Under the pieces are notes generated by a model. It had not been told where the DNA came from. It did no database searches and saw only the letters and a program-made list of their open reading frames with translations. Positions 55,650 through 64,000 of a stretch of 64,000 nucleotides of DNA are shown here, in pieces (position 1 is the stretch's first letter; each line of letters begins with the position of its first letter). Position numbers and translations under genes: made by a program. Source of the stretch: Eledone cirrhosa (Eukaryota); the NCBI GenBank assembly GCA_964016885.1, contig OZ024756.1, forward strand, positions 27,342,001-27,406,000. The letters run 5' to 3'.

Positions 55650-56265
55650 ACAAAGCGATGCTGAGTTGTGCTAACACTTTAGGGACACATTACATTTCCA
55701 CATTAGAATTGAAATCGGCGGTATAAGAACACACTTCCACGTGGACAATAGCTAATCAGTGACACGGAGAAACATATTTGACTATGAGGGAAACTTGAAT
55801 CGGTGGTATAAGCCCAGGCTCGTTCGTCAACGTGGAAACTAACTTGACTATAAGGAAAACGTGAGCCGCTGGTATAAGACCAGACACATACGTCAACGTG
55901 GAAACGCACTTGACTATGAGGGAAACGTGAATCGCTGGTATAAGCCCAGGCTCGTTCGTCAACGTGGAAACGAATTTGACTATAAGGCAAACGTGAGCCG
56001 CTGGTATAAGACCAGACACATACGTCAACGTGCAAACGCACTTGACTATAAGGAAAACGTGAGCCGCTGGTATAAGACCAGACACATACGTCAACGTGCA
56101 ACACACTGGACATAACCGTTCTGATAATCAAGAACATCAAAGAAAACCACGCAGATATCAAAACCAAAGACGGAAATAAAAACATATGCTCTCTAATAGA
56201 CATCTCGAACCCTTCCGACCAAAACATCGTTCGGAAGGAAGTAGAAAAAACAAAAATTATCAAAA
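55650..56265 (+). mobile_element. Degenerate R4/Dong LINE fragment with a 5 x 66-bp internal tandem repeat
   Basis: NHADIKTKDGNKNICSLIDISNPSDQNIVRKEVEK resembles the RLE PD..D motif; GACTAT units at 55780, 55846, 55912, 55978, 56044. Confidence 0.6.
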
Positions 56266-56839
56266 TGGACGGACATGAAAATGTGAGGTTTGAGTGTAAA
56301 AACTGTACCAATTGTAATCGATGAAGTAGGTATCGTAAAACATGGACACACAACAACATAAAAAAACAAAAAAAAACAAACGAATTTTAAGCAAAAAAAC
56401 AGAAACTATATCAGGTTTCACAATTTTGCACAGGGAGCGTGCAAAAACAAAATTGCTCTACTGTGTAGAACAAACATGCTGCGTAAATGTCTTTCGTATC
56501 TGTAACACAACTCACGCACGATATATATTTTACCAAAAGCTAAAAGAAGAAAGAAAAGAAACAACAAAAAACACCTAACAATACTGTAATAGTGTTTTCA
56601 CAACAAGTAAAACAACTGTAATACTATCAAAAGTCTACAAACCAAAACCTCACAACACAGTAAAAAAAAATTTGATGAAAAAAAAAACACCTTCACACTA
56701 TATTACAGCAGACGTCAGGACAATAGACGCCATGTTGAACAGAGAAGTGTACCTAGTGATGCAGCGAGAATCTCGGAGGAAACCATTTCAAATATTAACA
56801 CCAAAAGTATTGTTTTGTTATTATTTTTATTATTATTAA

Positions 56840-56860
56840 TATTACTACTACTACTACTAC

Positions 56861-56910
<50 letters not shown>

Positions 56911-56919
56911 CTGTCACAA

Positions 56920-56990
<71 letters not shown>

Positions 56991-57080
56991 CACAGCCACC
57001 GCTACTGCGCCTACTTCTACTACTACAACTGCGACCACTACCACTACTACCACCACTACTACGACTACCACAACTACCAA

Positions 57081-57121
<41 letters not shown>

Positions 57122-57277
57122 TTTCTACAACTACTACCACTACTACTAGCACCACTACTACTACTACCACCACCACCACTACTACCACTACTACCACTAC
57201 TACTACCACTACTACCACTACTACTATCACTACTACCTCTACTACCACTACTACTACTACTACTACCATTACTACTA

Positions 57278-57326
<49 letters not shown>

Positions 57327-57832
57327 GACTACTACTACTACCACTACTACCACGACTACCACGACTATAACTACCAATACCACCACTACTACCACCACTA
57401 CTACTACAAATACCACCACTAGTACTACCACCACCACCACTACTACCACTCCTACCACCACTACTACTACTAGTACTACTACTACCACCACCACTAGCAC
57501 TACTACTAGTATTACTACTACCACCACTACCACTACTACTACTACTACCACCACTACTACTACCACCACCACCACCACAACCAACTACCACCACCATCAC
57601 TACCAGTACTACTACTACCACCACCACCACCACTACTACTAGTAGTACTACTACCACCACCACCACCACCACTACTACCACTCCTACTGCCACCACCACT
57701 ACTACTACTAGTATTACTACCACCACCACCACCACCACCACTACTACTACTACTACCACTACTACTACCACCACCACAACCAACTACCACCACCACCACT
57801 ACTAGTACTACTACCACCACCACCACTAGCAC

Positions 57833-57865
<33 letters not shown>

Positions 57866-57991
57866 TACCACTAATACTACTATCATCACTACCACCACCA
57901 CTACCACTACTACTACTACCACCACTACCACTACCACTACCACTACTACTACTACCACCACTACTACCACCACTACCACCACCACCACTAG

Positions 57992-58050
<59 letters not shown>

Positions 58051-58172
58051 GCACCACCACTACTACTACCACCACTACCACCACCACCACCACCACTACC
58101 ACCACTACTACAACCACCACTACCACCACCACTACCACTACTACTACTACCACCTCTACCACCACCACTACC

Positions 58173-58207
<35 letters not shown>

Positions 58208-58521
58208 CACCACTACCACCACCACTACCACTACTACTACAATCATACTAATATTATTTAACAGATCTGAATTATGGAATACAATGTTATACATCATTAA
58301 GTTTCAATATAATTACGGTGAATAGAAATCGATCGGTTTATCAAGCATTACAATTACCATCATCATCATCATCATTGCTATAGCCGTCATAACAATCATC
58401 ATCATCATCATCATCAATCATCCTCATCGCTTTAGCAATCATCACAATCATCATCATCAATCATCCTCATCGCTTTAGCAATCATCACAATCATCATCAT
58501 CAACATCATTATTAAAATTAC

Positions 58522-58556
<35 letters not shown>

Positions 58557-58636
58557 CCATCATCAATCATCATCATCGCTTTAGCAATCATCACAATCAT
58601 CATCATCAACATCATTATTAAAATTACCATCACCAC

Positions 58637-58671
<35 letters not shown>

Positions 58672-58696
58672 ACATGATTGCTATAGCCATCAAAAC

Positions 58697-58728
<32 letters not shown>

Positions 58729-58942
58729 ACATGATTGCTATAGCCATCAAAACAATCATCATCATCATAATCATCATCACCATCATCATCATCATGGCTT
58801 TAGCAATCATCACCATCATCACGATCATCATCATCATCATCACAGTCATCATCACCACCACCACCATCATCACCAACGCCATCATCATCATCATCACCAT
58901 CATCATCACCATCATCACCACCATCACCACCATCACCATCAT

Positions 58943-58996
<54 letters not shown>

Positions 58997-59020
58997 CATC
59001 ATCATCACCACCACCTCCGC
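56840..59020. repeat. Compound trinucleotide tract (CTA/TAA/CCA/CAT)n
   Basis: Direct inspection; similar tracts at 35070-35820, 47420-47760, 60700-60900. Confidence 0.95.
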
Positions 59021-59461
59021 TATTTTCATAATCATATATGTGAGCGTGTGTGTGTGTGTATATGTGTCTGCATGTGTGTGTATGTGTGTGTGCATATGTG
59101 TGTATGTATGTGTGTATTTGTGTATCTATGTGTGTGTATGTATGTGTATATAGACATGTAAAAACGCACGTGTATGTGAGTGTTTGTAATTATTGTCTCA
59201 TCAATTTAAACACTTCATCAGAAGATAATGAGATCCAAACAGGCTGAAATTGCGACCCATCAGTTGTTAAACATCTTGGGATTATATTCCAAGATATATT
59301 TGGTGCAAGGTTAGAAATTCTTTCTCATATACAATTACTGAATTCACGCGCCTTTATGGTATGTCACAAAGCGCTTCCTCCAACCTCTCCCCCTATCTTA
59401 AGACATTTTTTTTCCAATTCCAGCCCGCCCGTCCCCTCAATCTATCTTATTTCTCATTATT

Positions 59462-59497
59462 TCTTCTGATGAAGGACTAGCGTCCGAAACGTTAAGA
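59462..59497 (+). ncRNA. Minimal type-I hammerhead, family C
   Basis: TCTT-CTGATGA-A-GGAC tagc GTCC-GAA-ACGT-T-AAGA: canonical core and all stems intact. Confidence 0.8.
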
Positions 59498-59769
59498 CCC
59501 TCTTCCTGCTATATCAAGCGTTAACCTAATATATCCCTTCAGTATATACTGTACCGATTGTGTTGTTATTTCTGTTTACCTTTTACATACATATATATTT
59601 ACAGAACTTAAAACGATAAGTTCTTGTTTTTTGGGATATGTCACTATTTATAAAACAACTTTTGTATTTTATCTGATGAGTGTGTACCAAAATGTTGGTA
59701 CCTTTGAAATATATATAATAGAACAAATATGGTTTTATAAAGATAGTTTCCATTTATTAATATTATTGA

Positions 59770-59954
59770 GGGCGGTGGATTGGCAGTATCGGTAGAAGGT
59801 CGGACGCCATGCTTTCCAGCATAGTTACGTCCCTTTACCATCTGAGTTCAAATCCCGCCGAGGTTGACTTTGCCTTTCATCCTTAAGGATCGATAAAATA
59901 AAGTACCAGTAATGTACTGGATAATTGCTGGCCTTGTGCCTAAAGTAGAAACAA
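59770..59954 (+). mobile_element. Family-1 SINE inserted in a family B element
   Basis: 14-bp TSD ATTAATATTATTGA. Confidence 0.85.
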
Positions 59955-59979
59955 TTAATATTATTGATATATGTATATA

Positions 59980-60015
<36 letters not shown>

Positions 60016-60884
60016 GAATAATCGAGTATCGAAAAATCGGCTCACGAGTTTACGATAAACAAATTCGACATGAGTGGCAGAGGGCTCAAAAATTCAGATA
60101 AATCAGAGCTATAACTATCGTTAAAATACCATCACACAAAGATTATGTCTAAAATCACCCATGCGACCGAAAAATTACGATCAGGAAGATTCGGGTCACT
60201 CAGATAAAATATCAATAAATCAATAAATCATATGAATGTAAAAAGCTTACCCGGACCCACTAGAAAGATGGTAAATCTAGCTTCTTGGGTTTCTGTAATT
60301 CCTTAATCCGCCCCCTATCAGCCCACATAAAAATATATAAGACTCCAAGAGTAAAAGCACTCAGTCCATAGGACGAGTTTAGTATAAATAATTACAACAG
60401 TGACATAAACAGGTACTCAGGTTTCGTTGGGTTCTGGGCCCCCAGTCATTCAACCTGTCAGGTTTCTCATGACAGGCTGAATGAATTGGGCCCAGTTGGG
60501 GTCCATAAAAATGCCTATAAACGTCAAAGTATAATGTAAAATATAATTTTTAAAAAAGAGTGAGCGTCTTATGTGAAGGGGGCGCCCAATAGACCGACGC
60601 ATACGGTATATTGTTACTAATAATTTAGCGTTAAAAAATATTTATTGCCACGTAAAAAGCCATAAAGAAATCGCGGAAGATATTTACTATTCCGCAAATA
60701 TGCGTCACTACCACCATCATCACTAACACCATCACTATACCATTACCACTACCACCACTACCACCATACCACCACTGCCACCATACCGCCACTACCACCA
60801 CTACCACCATACCACCACCACCACCATACCACCACCACCATACCACCACCACCATACCACTACCACCACTACCACCATACCACC

Positions 60885-61195
60885 ACTACCACCATCAGCC
60901 TTACCATCAGCCTTACCTTACCATCAGCCTTACCTTACCATCAGCCTTACCATCGGCTTTCCTATCAGCTTTACCATCGGCCTTACCATCAGCCTTACCT
61001 TACCATCAGCCTTACCTTACCATGCCTTACCATCAACCTTACCTTACTATCAGCTTTACCATCAGCCTTACCTTACTATCAGCTTTACCATCGGCTTTCC
61101 TATCAACCTTGCCATCGGCCTTACCATCAGCCTTACCATCAACTTCCCCATCAGCCTTACCATCAGCTTTACCATCAGCTTTACCATAGGCTTCA
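60885..61195. repeat. 12-bp CCTTACCATCAG minisatellite
   Basis: Direct inspection. Confidence 0.85.
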
Positions 61196-61529
61196 CCACC
61201 ACCAACAGCAACACTGGCCATACACCACCACTAACACTGGTGGCCATAAAACACCACCACCACCACCACCACCACCATCACCACCACCATCACTGCCACC
61301 ACCAGATAGGGTTATGTTGTCCGAGGTAGGCAATGCCTCACTAAACATGGGTTGGTGATGGCTGCCATGCCTTTGGTTCTGAAGTGTTTTGAATAGAGGC
61401 TGACCTGGGGGTCAACAACAACAACAACAACAACAAAATCAATAACTACACACTGGCCTATCAAGTCTAGTATTCATTGCACGGGAAAGAATGGTGGTAG
61501 TAGGAAAGAGGGGGAGGGCAGAAATTAAA

Positions 61530-61619
<90 letters not shown>

Positions 61620-61903
61620 CAGCAGCAACAGCAGTACCAGTGGTGGTGGTAGCAGTTGTAGTAGTAGCAGCAGCAGTGGTAGTAGTAAAAAGGGAGAGAG
61701 AGTGTGTATGAGGATAGGAGAATGAGAGAGAGAGAGAGAGAGAGGGGGGGTAGTCAGAGGGAGGGGTTGTGAGGTTGTATCTGAATGTGTGAGTGAGACA
61801 GGTTGCGTGTGTATGTGTGTGTGAGAGAGAGAGAGAGAGGGGGGGGTAGTCAAAGGGAGGGAGTGTGAGATTGTGGCTGAATGTGTGAGTGAGACATTTA
61901 GGT

Positions 61904-61950
<47 letters not shown>

Positions 61951-62489
61951 GAGAGAGAGAGAGAAAAAAAGAGAGCGAGAGGGAAGAGAGAGGGAGAGTG
62001 AGAGTCAGAGGGAGTGTGAGATCGTATCTGAATGTGTGAGTGAGACAGGTTGTGTGTGAGAGAGAGAGGGGTGGGGGGAAGGGGAGAGAGAGAGCGAGAA
62101 AGAGAGAGAGAGAGAGACTATCGGATAATAGATGACGCTAAACATGCTAATTGAATAATTAATAGGTGTGATCAACTAAAAATAGTAAATACCAAGTAAT
62201 TAGCAACGTAATGCTTGATTAATTAAATGTTTCGGCAAAGTTTTGAAAATATGACAAAAAAAAAGGAAGAGAAAAAAGAAAAAAAATACCACTTTCAGAA
62301 AAATAAAGAAAAATTTTACAAAAAAAATAATTTTTTAAATGTATTTTTTAATGCTACGTTTTGTATCGCACGTGCGAAATATGTTCTGATAAGCCATGCT
62401 GGTGATTGCTGGTATGATGTTGGTGCATACACATATGTATTGTTGTTGTTGCTGGTGGTGGTGTTATCGATGCTGTCGTTGCCTTCCTC

Positions 62490-62885
62490 TTGTTAATTTT
62501 GAGTTGCTGGAGCCTGGAACTGATGGTGGAGCGGATGGCCGACGGATGGATCGGTGACCCGAGGATGAGGACAAACTCTTTGGGGTTCACCTGTACCTGG
62601 TGGAGAATGGACCGCACGTCCTAGACGGAGGCTGCAAAGCTCTCAGCATCGTAGTTGACATTCACCACCTCCGACTTGGACGAGTTGACCTGGAGACCGA
62701 TTCCCAACAAGGCAGGAACCACCGATTGTAGGTCATGGCAGACAGTCTCTACTGGCCCGCCCAACGTAGCATCATCCAGGTAGCAAACGTTGAGAGGGGC
62801 CGTGATACTCCGGGCAATGTGGTCTATACCAAGGGCAAACATGAGGGGGCCCAAAAAGACATCCTGTTGGACCCCGTGGCCGAAG
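62490..62885 (-). mobile_element. CRE-clade LINE reverse transcriptase fragment
   Basis: GVQQD.FLGPLMFALG...CYLDDATLGG...GLQVNSSKSEV...LILGSPI. Confidence 0.7.
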
Positions 62886-63505
62886 GTATGATCGGGGCCC
62901 CATGGTAGTGGTAGTTGATACTACTACCTATTTTGGCTGTCAGGCTGGCTGCTGAAGCTCCAATGCCTTCTTTGACGGAAGATGCGGGGTCATTGGCTAT
63001 CGCCATTTAGGAATTTGGCGAAATTCTAACACATTTTGTGAATGTTATTCTGGTAATGGACTGTATGCTTGTAAAGATACTATGTTGGCTATATGTACAG
63101 GTAAAAACCAGAGTAAATGTTAAAGACCCGCTTCGGTCACGAATAACCATGGGATTTGCACCTAGAAAGTTTCCCTCTGAGGCACAAGTCCTGGCAAGGT
63201 TGTTTGTGGAAGACCAACAGTCGTTCATGCATATCTGTTTCATCTCTCAACGCCACCGATGATGTCCAAGGGAAGGACAATGGCCGATACAGCTTGGCAC
63301 CAGTGACGTCGCAACTCATTTCCAAATCCAAAGCTGAGTAAACTGGAACAAGATGAAATAAAGTGTCTTGCGTCAGGAACACAACGCAAAGCCCGGTCGG
63401 TCGGAGAATCGAACTCACAACCTCAAGCCCGACGCTCTAACCACTAAGCCATGCGATTTAAATATCTATATATATATTATATATATGTGTAATTTCTCTC
63501 TCTCT

Positions 63506-63628
<123 letters not shown>

Positions 63629-63677
63629 ATAGCCGTCGAAACGGCTTGAGCTCTGCTGTCGGGGTCTTACTTTTTCC

Positions 63678-63720
<43 letters not shown>

Positions 63721-64000
63721 GGAAGCACGTGGTCTATTGGTAAGGGTGTTGGACTGACTTACGATCATAATGTCGTGGGTTCGATTCCTAGGTTGCGTGT
63801 TGTGTTCTTGAGAAAAACACTTCATTTCCCGTTGCTCCAGTATCCTCAGATGAAAAGGAGTACCAGCAATAACTGGTACTCATTTTAACCCTGCGATGGA
63901 CTGGCGTCCTCTCCAGGGTGGGGGGGGGGGGGGTTATTTTGTACTCTCAGTCGCTTCACGCCATGAAATCGGGATAAGCACAGGCCAAATGAGCCTTCTG

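Overview
This is eukaryotic, AT-rich, microsatellite-saturated DNA. The repeat complement (tRNA-derived SINEs with Meta-like and CORE/V-like central domains, long (TA)n, (CA)n, (CATA)n and (GA)n tracts) suggests an animal, probably a cephalopod such as Octopus; that assignment is inference. Almost every ORF in the track is a simple-repeat artefact. The only long real ORF is a 5'-truncated but uninterrupted RTE/BovB-type LINE (27352-30276, minus). It ends in three C2H2 zinc fingers and is flanked by an apparently identical ~538-bp direct repeat. The window also holds 3' fragments of RTE, R4/Dong, CRE, CR1, Tx1-like and Vingi-like LINEs, about 30 SINE copies (including a 6 x 162-bp tandem array), DNA-transposon MITEs, and a weak three-exon host-gene candidate on the minus strand. 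The most striking hidden pattern is that many short non-coding islands between (TA)n tracts carry type-I hammerhead ribozyme folds. At least 8 unrelated sequence families are involved, one with a compensatory U3-A8 core. Several are fold-back palindromes whose turning point lies at or just upstream of the ribozyme, consistent with Penelope-like pseudo-LTR or retrozyme-type elements. All folds and alignments were made by eye, and repeat coordinates are approximate.
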